From Octopus sinensis (Eukaryota): a stretch of 64,000 bases of DNA. The stretch covers positions 50,902,001 to 50,966,000 of the forward strand of contig NC_042998.1 in assembly GCF_006345805.1 (NCBI RefSeq). The letters are read 5' to 3'. A program made the translations under genes and the position numbers. The first letter of the stretch is position 1; every line of letters begins with the position of its first letter. The notes beneath the pieces are model-generated. The model had not been told where the DNA came from. It did no database searches and saw only the letters and a list, made by a program, of their open reading frames with translations. This document shows, piece by piece, positions 37,655 to 50,600 of the stretch.

Positions 37655-37903
37655 TATAATCAAAATAAGCAACAAGGATATCCAGAAGCAATGCAGTACG
37701 ATTGTTTCATGCGACTCCATTTAATTAAACAATGCAAACATTACATCAATCTTAAATGTAGAGCAATCTTCAGCTGCACAAAAAAATAGAATTTAATTAA
37801 ATTTTAGATTGATGTAATGTTCGCATTGTTCAATTAAATGGAGTCGCATGAAACGATCGTACTGCATCACCTCTGGATATCCTTGTTGCTTATTTTGATT
37901 ATA
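37655..37903. mobile_element. Palindromic insertion in (TA)n inside a SINE
   Basis: Inverted arms ~37655-37752 / ~37806-37903, with TA tracts at the left end and ~85 bp beyond the right arm. Confidence 0.8.
37692..37778 (-). ncRNA. Type I hammerhead ribozyme motif with extended helix II
   Basis: Minus strand: TGCAG-CTGAAGA-T-TGC(long insert)GCA-T-GAAA-CAATCG-TA-CTGCA. Helix I is 5 bp. The opposite arm preserves the palindromic helix III ACGATCGT. GUA site. Confidence 0.75.
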
Positions 37904-37985
37904 ATCACCTTATTTTAAATTGTATAGATAATACCATACTAAATTCTGGTGCCTCAACTTAAGTAGCATATTCATCTGAATCTAA

Positions 37986-38028
<43 letters not shown>

Positions 38029-38306
38029 CGAGAGACTGTCTTGGCTCCTTTGCCTTCAGAATGTTGATTTCTGTAGTTATTATCAGTGTATTTTGGCGAT
38101 TTAAATAAGAGTTTTGACTGTTAATTTGAGCAGGTAGACATACTTAGTATGTCCTCTGATTAATTTTAATCCTTCAGCTATTTAATGATTTTTAGGGGCC
38201 TGCAGTCACCTATATTATTGATTCTGTTATCATTTTTAATTGTTACACTAGATAATAATAGAGTCAATAATACCTTCGCAAATATTTCTCTTGAATTATT
38301 TGCTCC

Positions 38307-38339
<33 letters not shown>

Positions 38340-38459
38340 TGTATGTATGTATGTATGTATGTATGTATGTATGTATGTGTGTATGTATGTGCGTGTGTGT
38401 ATGTATGTATGTATGTACGTGTGTGTGTATGTATGTATGTGCGTGTGTGTATGTATGTA

Positions 38460-38490
<31 letters not shown>

Positions 38491-38831
38491 GTGTATGTAT
38501 GTATATGTGTATGTATGTGCATGTGTGTGTGTATATGTGTATGTATGTATGTATGTGTGTGTGTATGCATGTATATCTGTGTATATATATCTATGTGTGT
38601 ATGTTTCTCTCTGTGTTTGACTCCCCAGCACTGCTTGACAACCAGTGTTGGAGTGTGTTTAAATCCTCATAACTTAGCAGTTTGGCTAATGAGACTGACA
38701 GAATATGTACCAGGGCTAAAAAATAAATACTGGAGTCAATCCATTTGACTAAAAATTCAAGGCGGTGCTCCAGCATGGCTACAGTCTAATGACAGAAACA
38801 ACAACAACAACTACTATTGCTGCTGCTGCCG

Positions 38832-38877
<46 letters not shown>

Positions 38878-38929
38878 GTCTCAAAATCTTCACTGTCCTC
38901 AATAGAGCAGTTTTTTGAGCATGTATTAT

Positions 38930-39530
38930 GACTATTATCATTATCATTTTGGTTTGGCTTATTCCTGGTAGGATTTATGTAGGTAGCAGGTTACCACTTG
39001 TAACCTTAGGTATCAACATGTTTTCAGCTGTCTTTCAAGTGCTTAGAACCCTCCAAATAATCCTTGCTGTCCCTAAGGGACAAAGTTTCTGTAGGAGCTT
39101 TACTGGCATTCTATTCCAATCTCCTTCAGTTATTTGTCTATACCTTTGCTTACTATTTCCAACACACCGATCATTATAGGAACAACCTTTACTGTTCTCA
39201 TGCCCCAAATTCTTCTTATTTCAAATTTTAAGAGTTTGTATTTGTTTTGTTTTTCATCCTCTTTCTTCACAATCTTGGAATCAAATGGGCATGATGGGTT
39301 GATCAGTAAAGCAACTTCGCTTTTCCTTATTTATAATTGTTATGTCCAGTCTGTTATTTTCTAACTTCTTGTCTGTTTGAAAAGAAAATCCGCACAAAAT
39401 CTTACATTTTTCCAATTCCAGTACACTTTCGACTCGGTGATTGTACCATGTGTTTCCAGCTTCAAATCCCCATTTCTAGCACAGTTTCCAGTGTAAAACT
39501 TTTACAACCTGGTTGTGCCTCCATTTCTTA
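38930..39530 (-). mobile_element. R4/Dong-like non-LTR retrotransposon 3' fragment (restriction-like endonuclease)
   Basis: Manual minus-strand translation: LLINPSCPFDSKIVKKEDEKQNKYKLLKFEIRRIWGMRTVKVVPIMIG...LGTARII. Ends in a degenerate TAA/TGA-type tail. Confidence 0.75.
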
Positions 39531-39536
39531 TATTCT

Positions 39537-39880
39537 TTATTATTACCTCTGCCTTGTTTGTTTCCTTGTTTGTCCATGGACAAGATATCTCAAGAATTGG
39601 TGGATGGATTTGGATGAAACTTTCAGGGATGTTTGGCCTCATGACTGGCTTACATTTTTGGATCGATCCAGTACTGGACAAGAATTCTCGATTATTTTTC
39701 TGGGTTTTTTTTTTACTTAATTTTTGAGAGCGATTGGGTTCATTTTTAGTATTCTTATTTGTGAGAGCAGTTGGGTTTATTTCAGATATTTTCATTTTAA
39801 AACTCATCTCTGGCTAATTGCTGAAAGGATGTTGGTGTTGCATTGGTGAAAGCTTGCGCTCTCTGAGAGGTCTTGTTATT
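39537..39880 (+). mobile_element. Non-autonomous interspersed repeat, possibly Helentron/HINE-like
   Basis: TATTACCTCTGCC...TGTTTG repeats...GATGGATTTGGATGAAACTTTCAGGG...GCGCTCTCTGAG layout, recalled from similar non-autonomous elements; classification uncertain. Confidence 0.35.
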
Positions 39881-40399
39881 ATTATTATTATCATTATTAT
39901 CAACTTTGTCTTTCATCCTTTTGAGGTCTCGATAAATTAAGTACCAGGTGGGTAAAATCATCTAACTTCTGCCACCAAAATTTCAGGCTCAGTACATATA
40001 GTAGAAAGGATTATTATTATCATTATCATCATCATTATTATCATTATCATCATTATCATTATTATTATTATTATTACTATTATTATTATTATTATTATTT
40101 AGGTGGTCAGCCGGTAGAATTGTTAGAATGCTGGGCAAAATACTCAGTAGTTTTTGTTTCCCGCTACGTTCTGATTGGATATTCTGCCAAGGTTAACTCT
40201 GCCTTTCATCCTTTTGGGTTTGATAAATTAAGTACCAGTGAAATACTGGGGTCAATGAAATCGACTTGTCTCCTCCCCCAAAATTTCAAAGCCTTGTACC
40301 TATAGTAGAAAGGATTATTATTATTATTACACGTCACCGTGATGGTGTCGAGCCACAGGCACATTGACTTGATTGGCGAGACACTAATTGAGTACGAAC

Positions 40400-40430
<31 letters not shown>

Positions 40431-40516
40431 TGTATGTGTACAGATTTGTATGTCTTGCTTTATGCATGTATTCTCATGCATATAGTTGCATATCTAGACA
40501 TGCTCATACTCACTTT

Positions 40517-40749
40517 GCTCTTTTACTCTTTTACTTGTTTCAGTCATTTGACTTTGGCCATGCTGGAGCACCACCTTTAGTCGAGCACATCGACCCCAGG
40601 ACTTATTCTTTCTAGGCCTAGTACTTATTCTATTGGTCTCTTTTGCCGAACTGCTAAGTTACGGGGACATAAACACACCAGCATTGGTTGTCAAGCAATG
40701 TTGGGGGGGGGACAAACACAGACACACAAACATATACACACACACATAC

Positions 40750-40796
<47 letters not shown>

Positions 40797-40965
40797 CGAC
40801 GGGCTTCTTTCAGTTTCCGTCAACCAAATCCACTCACAAGGCTTTGGTTGGCCTGAGGCTATAGTAGAAGACACTTAAGACACTTGCCCAAGGTGCCATG
40901 CAATGGGACTGAACCCAGAACCATGTAGTTTGTAAGCAAGCTACTTACCATGCAGCCACTCCTAT
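40517..40965 (-). mobile_element. SINE family A copy
   Basis: High similarity to 285-662. Confidence 0.85.
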
Positions 40966-42160
40966 GTCATGTATATTTAAATGATAAACTTCACTATAGT
41001 TGAAGTGATCTATAGGACCACCCACATTAAACGGGTAGAAGATTGTCACTGGGGCACAGGAGGATAGCTTAATTTGATATGTATTTATGTATGAATGTAT
41101 CTGTCGCACTCAGTACACTTGGTAAAGTGCTTGGCATTTGGATGGGCATCCAGCTGTAGAAACAATGCCATAACAGACAATGGAGCCTTATGCAACACCC
41201 AGCCTTACCAGTTCCTGTCAAACCATTCAATCCATGCTAGCACGAAAAACAGACTTTAAAGGATGATGATGATGATGATGATGACTATGTGTGTGTAAGT
41301 GTGTTTGTGTGCATATGTGCATGTGTGTGCATCTTTAAAATTCTTAATACATATATTGCATAACATCTCTGAATCCTCTCCTTTCATAGTTCATAAGTGT
41401 TTTTTTTTTTCACACAGCATATTATTCTTTCCTTGTAACACCTTATGAAAAGTTTATACATTTTGTATCTCTATGAGCCCTTATGATTAACAAAGAAAAG
41501 ATCATCATCATCATCATCATCATTACAAGCAACAGCAGCAGTGATAGTAGTGGTGGTGGCAGCAGCAGTAGTAGTAGTAGTAGTTCTTTTTCCCTATCCT
41601 TTTTTTTTTTTTTAGGCTCTCCGTACAGATTCCTGTATGACCTCACCACTTCTTCCTAGATCAGCACCTTCCATTCACACTGCATGCATAAATCAAAACA
41701 CAGCGCTTCCATTCACACACTCAAATCACGTGCACTCACACCCCTGACTGCAACAATTCCAACACATGGCCTGCATACGTAACAAAATACATACATTCAC
41801 TTAAGTATTATTACGACAGCGTAACTCATCCCCAAATTAAATTGGTTTATGGTTGGTAAGTCACTTATATCTCCAAAGTAAAGTGAACCAGAAAAAAGTA
41901 TGAGCATTACATAGCAACACAAGACCACACAGTAAAGGAATCCTACCCTAAATGCTTTCAACCATTTCTGATGGGGCACAATTTTGTATCATGTATAGTT
42001 CACAGGTGTGTCATGAGATTTGGAGACTAGCTGGAAAATGACAGGAGTTTTAGATAACTTAGATATTTTTCATTTTTGGATTTGGTTTGCAAGATTCTTT
42101 ATATGAGTTTGTGTGTTGAAGCATATTTTGTTGTCTCTGGGGAGAGTCATTTTCTTTTTG

Positions 42161-42331
42161 TACCTTATAATTTGACACACTCACCAGTAAAATTTCCGCT
42201 TATTTCTTATTTTTATTTTCCTAAAATATTCAAGACTATTGAAAAGGTTGCAAGATGCAACGAAAATTTTAGGAAAATAAAAATAAGAAATAAGTAGAAA
42301 TTTTACTGGCGAGTGTGTTAAAATATAAGGC
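42161..42331. repeat. Palindromic foldback element
   Basis: ~65-bp inverted arms (CCTTATAATTTGACACACTCACCAGTAAAATTTC... / ...GAAATTTTACTGGCGAGTGTGTTAAAATATAAGG) around a ~35-bp spacer. No hammerhead core seen. Confidence 0.75.
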
Positions 42332-44924
42332 ACAAAAAGAAAATTACTCTCCCCAGACACAACAGATTAAGTATTTTTGATGCACTACATTGATGCATGT
42401 GTATTTTCTTGCAGCAAAGTGCAATGTACAAGCCCATCCCTGTTTCAAAACAATTTTAATACTCATTTCTCTTTTATATATATAAAATATTAATCTCTTG
42501 AAAAAGCTATTTGTGTGCTGCTTTAATACTTTTAACACCTTGTTTCAGTATGCTCTAAATTGAAAGACATTTCAGTAATAGATAAAAAAAACAAAAACCT
42601 CTGCTCTTATGCAGCTGTTTCACCTTCCTAGAAATTTGTGGAATAAATATGGCAAGTCATTTTGTCTGCTGCTCTAATAATTCCATGGAGGTGTGTGGCT
42701 TGGTGGTTGGAGGTGTTGCACTCATGATTGTAAGATTGTGGTTTCAGTTCCTGGACCAGGTGATGTGTTGTGTTTTTGAGCAAAACATTTCATTTCACGT
42801 TACCCCATTTTACTCAACTTGCAGAAATGAGTAATCATACAACAGACTGTCATCCTGTCTGGAAGGAGTTGGGGTAGATGTATGCCACAGAATCCCGGGG
42901 GCGGGGAACTGACCTTACTAGACTATGGCTTGGGAAGGCCCTTTGATCCTTTGTTTTTGTTTTTATCAGATGATTCTACCAATCCATTCCTCTAACTGCT
43001 GCTGTTGCTGCCGCCGCCGCTGCTTCTGATGATTATGATGACAATGATGATGATGATAAGGAGGAGGAGGATGGTCATGATGGTAGTAGTGGTGGTGGTG
43101 TTGGTGGTGGTGATGATTGACTCTCAAATCAAACTCTACACTCAAATAAAAAAAAACAAACCCTGGATATCATGGTCCTTGGTGTACTATTGCTTGAAAT
43201 AATGAAAAATGTTTATGACTATAAAGGCTTTAACCATGGGTTTACTGAGTAAAAGTTGACCTGGGGTTAAACAACAAAGGCAAAGAGTAAAGACACCCCC
43301 CCCCACCACTTTCAGTCATAAATGACCATGGAACTGTACCTAGAAAGTTCCCTTCCATGGCACAAGTCCAGGCAAGGTTGCTAGTGGGAGATCAGAAGAC
43401 CCCTCTCTAAGTCAGCCTCCCCTCTCTAAGCCACTGATATTATTCAAAACAAAGGCAAAAGCTGATACAGCTTGGCACTCATATCACTGCAACTCATTTC
43501 TTCAGCTGAGTGAACTGGAGCAATGTGAAATAAAGTGTCTTGCTCAAAAACACAACACACAGCCCATTGTGGGAATCGAACTCACTACCTCATGATTGTG
43601 AGCTTGACATGCAAAGCACTGAACCATGTGCCTTCATTGATTAAACAACTACAACATGTATAATTACAGCACATTTTAAGCTTGTGATCAAGTGTTAGCA
43701 TGCCAGAACCAGAAGTTTACAACCAAATTTTAGCATACACAGATGCAAAACTAGCTTCTTGGTAGATCCATCAAAGGCACTTTCTGTTATATGTTCTTCC
43801 CCTATCGCTAGTGTTAGTTTGACAAGGTCAGCTTCCCTTCATTCTCATACATAATCTTGCAACGTATGTAAAGCATAGCTTACATGAGTGCTGCCTACTA
43901 TCCATGATAAGATCAGCAGGTGAAAGTCAGCCTGCAGTTGACTCAAGGATAATTATTTGAGCTCAAAATATGCAAAGGCTTTATCAAAGAAATAAAACAT
44001 CCAACACTTTGAAGATTGCAAGCTAAGTATGAATAAGACACCTTAGATTGTGTGTATGTCGCCAAACACAGCAAGCAAATGTAAGTCAAACGTGTGTAAT
44101 ATATATAGGGCAATCTCAAAACACTGAACCTTATGAAGGGGATGACAGAGGACTGAGATATGGGGCATGTTGCTGTACTCAAGAATATCCACCCACCATA
44201 ACATAATTGAGACTTTAAAATTAAGGCACCATATAAAAAGCATTGGTGTGAGAACTGGTGCCACATAAAACAGACATACATATTGATAGACAGATAGATA
44301 TAGATATACACTCATGGAGTGGTTGGCGTTAAGAAGGGAATCCAGCTGTAGAAACAATGCCAGATCAGACTGGAGCCTCATGCAGCCTCCTGGCTTCCCA
44401 GACCCCAGTCGAACTGTCCAACCAATGCTAGCATGGAAAACGGATGTTAAACGATGATGATGATGATGTACATAGGACAAACCCATCTCATCAGATACTT
44501 GGAAAAGTATCTCATGAGATGGATTTGTCCTATGCACTCTAGGTAAATGTAGGCTTAGCATGCTATATAAACCATATCTAAACAAAGTGGAAAGAGCCAG
44601 TGTCTATAGAGTACAAGTCTAACTGCATCATAGACTGGGTCCATCTTGAGTGAACACTTGATCCAATCAACATCAATGTTATCGAGATCATTGCAGGTGA
44701 TAAAGATAAATCATCATCGTCATCATCGTCGTCATCGTTGTCGTTGTTGGCATCGTCATTGTCGTCGTCATCATTTAATGTCGGCCTTCTATGCTGGCAT
44801 AGGTTGGACAGTTTGATAGGAGACAGCCAAGTAGAAGACCACACCAGGCTGCTCTGTCAGCTGTTTTAGCATGGTTGTTACATCTAGATGCCCTTCCTAA
44901 CACCAACTACCCCACAGGCTACAT

Positions 44925-45480
44925 CTTAAGAGAAAAGTTTCTGCCTTCATACCTGCATACATTATCTCTGATGTCAAGGCTGGATAACAGTTTCTTAACT
45001 CCAGCCAAAAGTATCTGGGACATTCTTCGGTAGCTATAGTTTGAATAATCTGAGATAATATTTCAATACGAACATTTAAAATCTCAAGTTTGTGCACTTG
45101 AATTGTGCATTTAAATTCAAGTTTGTGTACCTCTGTTGCACGCTTCCTTAAAAATGCAGTTAATCACTGATTGATCCACGGACTCTCTCTTTCAGTGTAA
45201 ATTGCCCAATAAATTCTATTGCTCAGAAATGTATGCAAATTCAATTTTCTTTCATAAAGTTCTGGTAACGGTCGTATCTAAACTGATGCTAAATTTTCCA
45301 TGAACAATTTCAGCAGATTCATAATTGGAAAATTTTGTTAAGTTCATCATATTTATTCCTAGCAAATTGCCGACTTTTGTTGAATAGTTCAAATTTGTGA
45401 AGTACACTGTATTCTGAAAGTGTTTGAAATCTATCATTAAGTGCAGCAAAGTAGTTAGGTTATACTTGAATATCTCCTGA
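44925..45480 (-). pseudogene. Possible hAT transposase C-terminal remnant
   Basis: YFWLELRNCYPALTS resembles the FW..L...YP.L of the hAT dimerisation domain. Heavily decayed. Confidence 0.3.
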
Positions 45481-47393
45481 TGGAGATTGGTTTCTAAATG
45501 TCATATGTTATGCATTTCAACTTTATTAACATTTCTGCTTCATGGAAGTATTTGGTGCTTATGTTCACTTTCTGCGTTATTCAACTGCTTTTCTGTTGAT
45601 GAATATTATATGCAAATTAACAAAGATAGTTCCCGTTAAGCTTTATCTACTTTAATTTTAAACAGTTTTATAAATACAAACTTTTAAAAAATTATTTTCT
45701 CTCAAGTTTAAAGCAATGTGCATCTCTCAGTTAATAGTGTGTGTGATTTTGTTTTTTCTATTTTAAAACCCAGACATAGAGGAAAAAATCAGAAAAGGCA
45801 AAACTGAACATAACAGATGGGAAACCTAGCTACCAATTCATTTTCATGCAGTTCCAAACACTTTTGTAAAAGAAAAATAAATACAAGCAAGCAATACTTT
45901 TCTGTCGTTAAACTTGTTGCATCCAACAAAATCTTTGTAATGTGGATTGACATGTGAAATACTAGCAATGGAATTATATTGGTTTTTATAGCTTTCAATT
46001 GCCAATGAAACATATGAAATGTATAAACATATGAAAACAGTTAATATAAACAGTAAAAGTATCAACAAGTGATAAAGCTGTACATTTTATTTTAATGAAA
46101 AGCAGCTTTTAAAATATACACTGAGATTATATGTGAATGTGTCTGATTGTACATGGATTATAAATGCTCCCACTGCAGATATGTGCTTTAGCTTCAATTA
46201 TAGCTGAGTTCTTAAAGCATATTACTATAATTTCTTTCATCTTATACAGGTTATACTAAAGGAAGAAGTTTAATGCCTGAACAATCTACTAGCAGAGTGT
46301 AACTTAACTTTTGGAGGCACACTTCTTCAACAATAAGTCAACTGGAGTTTATGTCTCTCAGTCTATCGTACTTATATTCTTGTACATTCTTAGATTCAGT
46401 GAATTTCATTACCACTGTAACATTTAAAAACAATATTAATGGCAGAATTGGGGTTTCTGTACACTGAAAATTATGCTAACTTAATAAAATACAGACAGGA
46501 AAGAGTTGGTATAGACATTCAGTTGAAAAGGTCACAGGCAATGAAGAAATGACCACACTCTAGGATATGCCAAACCATACAGACAGAGAGATCATCAAGG
46601 TTACTAGATTCAATAATGAGGTCAAGGACCATGGAGAAAAGAGATACTTCATGGGCAATTAATACTCCTTATACTGACTTTAACTACCCACCTACCAAAC
46701 TATACAAATTTGTTATCCTCATCTTCTGATTTTCACCTTGCTTGTTTTCCAGTTTTCTTGTTGATTATCTCCCAATAACAACAAATTATCTCCCCATTAT
46801 GAGAATTGTAACTCTACCTACATGTGTTTCAATACCCTTCCCTTATACACCACTCTCTCTCTGTTCATCTATTTATTTGTCTCTCTGCCTATCTGTCTTT
46901 TCTATTCTTCCTTATCTACACCATGGAAAAGATATTTCTCTTTAATGAAGGATCCTCCCAAAGACATTAGACCTTGACTCTTTCCTAAGACAAACCAATT
47001 TATTCTCGTGTTAAATTGCTTATACAAATTCTACCAGTGGGCTCAAAGTTGTTACTAAGCTCCTCAGGTCTTAATGTTCATTAATACACAAACTGGTATT
47101 CTGACACAACATAGTTTAGTCCCTTTCTAGAATCATGCTGATACATAAGAGCTGGTTTCCCAGTTTCTATGGGGTATATATTACCCACCAGAACAAGACA
47201 CCAGACTATTGCAGGATTACCCATTTTTGCCAGATGAGTGGACTAGAGCAACATGAAATGAAGTGTTTTGCTCAAGAACACAACGCATTACCCAGTCTAA
47301 GAATCAAACCACTATCTTATGATCATCTGTCCAACACCCTAACCACTAAGTTCTGATCCTCCACTACACAACATACTAACATACTATCTTTAA

Positions 47394-47613
47394 CCCTTTC
47401 ATTACCAACCCGACTGAAACCGGCTCTGGCTCTGAGTACAAATGTCTTGTTTTCGTAAGTTTTGAATTGAAATCTTCCACAAAACTTTAGTCACAATTTA
47501 TGTTCCTAACACTAGCTGAATGATAACTAAGTTATTTTAGTAAATTCTTTGTTATATTTAAAGTAACTGAAAGAAACACAGAGCATCTCAAAATAAATAC
47601 AGTAACGAAAGGG
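47394..47613. mobile_element. TTAA-flanked MITE (piggyBac-type ends)
   Basis: TTAA-CCCTTTCATTAC ... GTAACGAAAGGG-TTAA. Confidence 0.8.
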
Positions 47614-50600
47614 TTAACAGGACATCAAACAACCACAAAGAAGCTCCTTCAGTTAGAAGCATCACATAACTGGGGAAACAGATATTTGGATAATACCCAA
47701 TCACTTGGCTGGGTACTTGCAGGCCTAAGATATACTTGACAAAGGCAGAATCATAAGCATGCTGAACAAAATACTCAGTGACCTTTCTTCTAACTTAACC
47801 TTCTCAGTTCAAACTCCACTGAGGCCGACTTTGCCTTTCATTCTTTCAGGGTCATTAAAATATGCATCAGTTGAGTATCAGGGTCAGTGCAATCGACTAG
47901 CCCTCTCCACCAAAACTCCAGGCCTTGTGCCTGTAGTATAATAGAAAGAATTAGTTTTTAAGATGATGGGGTAAAAAAGTTAAGGAAATTTGGCAGGTAA
48001 AACAAGTTGGCCAAACAACAGCCTAGATGTTTCATATCATATTGCAGATCATATTATTTGTCACTGCAGATTGAAGGGTGCAATATATAGTTTTTCAGCT
48101 AGATAGTAAAAGATGGTGTGTTGCAAACAAGAGATGTGAATTGTGCCAGGTTGCTTGGTCAACTAACAGCATGCTAATTCCCCTTCCCTTATTCAGTATT
48201 CTCCATCTTTCTTTCACCCTTCTCTCTCATTTCTCTTTCACTCCTTCTCTTTTTCTAACCTTTCTTTCTCACCCATGTCTCTCTTCCTCTCACATTCTTC
48301 CAAATCTATACTGTAAAAAAAATACTTCTCTCTCTCTCTCTCTCTCTTTTTCTCCAATGAATTGCCTTGCCTGAAACATTAGACTTTACTGCTTCCACAT
48401 GGCAAACCAATATATTCCCTATTTAAACAGCTCATACAAAAACTATATGTGGTTTTGATAAAGGCCATTATTAGCCTCCTCAGAGTTTAATGAAAACTGC
48501 CCAACGAGCAAAGACCAGGAGTTAACCAAGTATAACAATTCTATCAATAATCACAAAATATCACACATGACACATCACATTAACAATTTCACTTTGCTGA
48601 GTAATAGTTCTAAGATGAAAAAAAATATACCAATTTGTTTTGAAAATATACAATAATAATTACCCTCAAAAAGACAGAGACACAGAAGATAAATATGAGT
48701 CTTTATACTAGACTTTGTCTCGGTTGTTGCTGCTGCTTCATCGAATTAGAATAATAAAGTATATCAAATAAAGTATTCACACACTGTATTAAAAACAAAG
48801 TATACTAACAGAATATATATCTATTTCTTTACTACCCACAAGGGGCTAAACACAGAGAGGACAAACAAGGACAGACAAAGGGATTAAGTTGATTATATAG
48901 ACCCCAGTGCATAACTGGTACTTAATTTATCGGCCCCGAAAGGATGAAAGGCAAAGTCGACCTCGGCGGAATTTGAACTCAGAATGTAGCAGCAGACGAA
49001 ATACGGCTACGCATTTTGCCCGGCGTGCTAACATTTCTGCCAGCTTGCCACCTTAACAGAATATATATCATCATCATCGTTTAATGTATGTCTCCCATGC
49101 TGGCACAGGTTAAACAGCTTGACTAGAACTGGTAAGCTGGAAGGATGCACAAGGCTCCAGTAAGTTTTAACTTGGTTTCTATGGCCAGATGCCCTTCCTG
49201 ACACCAACCATTCCACAGAGTGTATCAGGTGCCTTCTACATGTCACTGGCACAACTGCCGTTTTGCATCACTGGAACAGGTGCCTTTTACATGTCACCTG
49301 CACTAGCCGCAACTACAATTTCACTTAGCTTGATGCATCATCACAAGCACAGCAAATCATCAAAGGTTTCAGTCACTTGTCATCACTTCTGTGAGAGCCA
49401 ACACCTGAAGATCATATTTCACTACCTTGTCCCATGTCTTCCTAGGTCTATCTCTTCCACAGAATCCCTCCACAGTTAGTGAGCAGCACTTCTTCATAAC
49501 AGTATCTATTCAGTTAGTATATATACTAACAAATTATATAAAGGGTACTAATGCACTCTTCTAAACAGTATACTAAATACCAGTCATTACATTAATATTG
49601 ATTTCAAATTTTGGCACAAGGCCACCAATTTCAGGGGAGGGGAAAAGTCGATTACATCGAAGCCAGTACTCAACTGGTTAATAAATTGACTCTCAAAGTC
49701 AATAAAATAAATTGACCTTGAGAGGATGAAAGACAAAGGCAACCTCGGTGGAATTTGAACTCAGATCGCCAAGATGGACAAAATATCGCTAAGCATTTTG
49801 CCTGGCCTGCTAACAATTCTGCCAGCTTACCACCTGAGTCATTTCATTAATATAGTATTCTCATACAGGGTGACGAGCTGGCAGAGTTTTACAGCACAAG
49901 AGAAGGGACTTAGTGGTGCTTTCTGGCTCTTTATATTCTGAGTTCAAATCTTGCTGAGGTCAACCTTGTCTTTCATCTCTCCAGGGGTTGAAAAGAAAAT
50001 ACTTGGCAAGAACTGGGATCAATGTCATTGACTAAAACACTCTCCTCAAAACTGCTGGCTTTGTGCCAAAATCAGAAAGAGTTCTAATACAGTATATAAT
50101 AAGGAATATATTTAACATTATAACACAGTCTAATACAAAATATCGAACAATATGTGAACACTAAATAGTACACTACTAGTATGCTTACACAACTTACCGA
50201 AAAGTATAATTCATTACAGCATTAGTATGTTAGGCACTTCACTAATACTGTATTCTAATTCAGTGTACCAAAAAGTATACTAACACACTATAACAAACAT
50301 TAAACTAACAATATACAAATACAGTATACTAAAGAAAGAACAGTAACACACTGTAGTAGACAATACACTAACACACGCTGCTATTATTGGTATGTGTGTG
50401 TGTGTGTGTGTGTGTGTGTCTGCGTGTGTGTGTGTGTCTGCGTGTGTGTGTGTTTGCGCATCATATATATTTATCGTATAGGTTCTTTGTTGAAAGCAAA
50501 TCGCAATAGATGGACGACAACATGAAGTTATTTCTGGAAAGTAGTTTCTGGCCTGGAGTATTTGTACTGCTGAATTATTCTCAAAGACCAATGAAATGTG

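Noticed and set aside
41600-41680. Possible extra exon near the poly-T/AG at ~41615
   Set aside because: No similarity to TTLL or any protein I recognise in either orientation, and no clear donor site.
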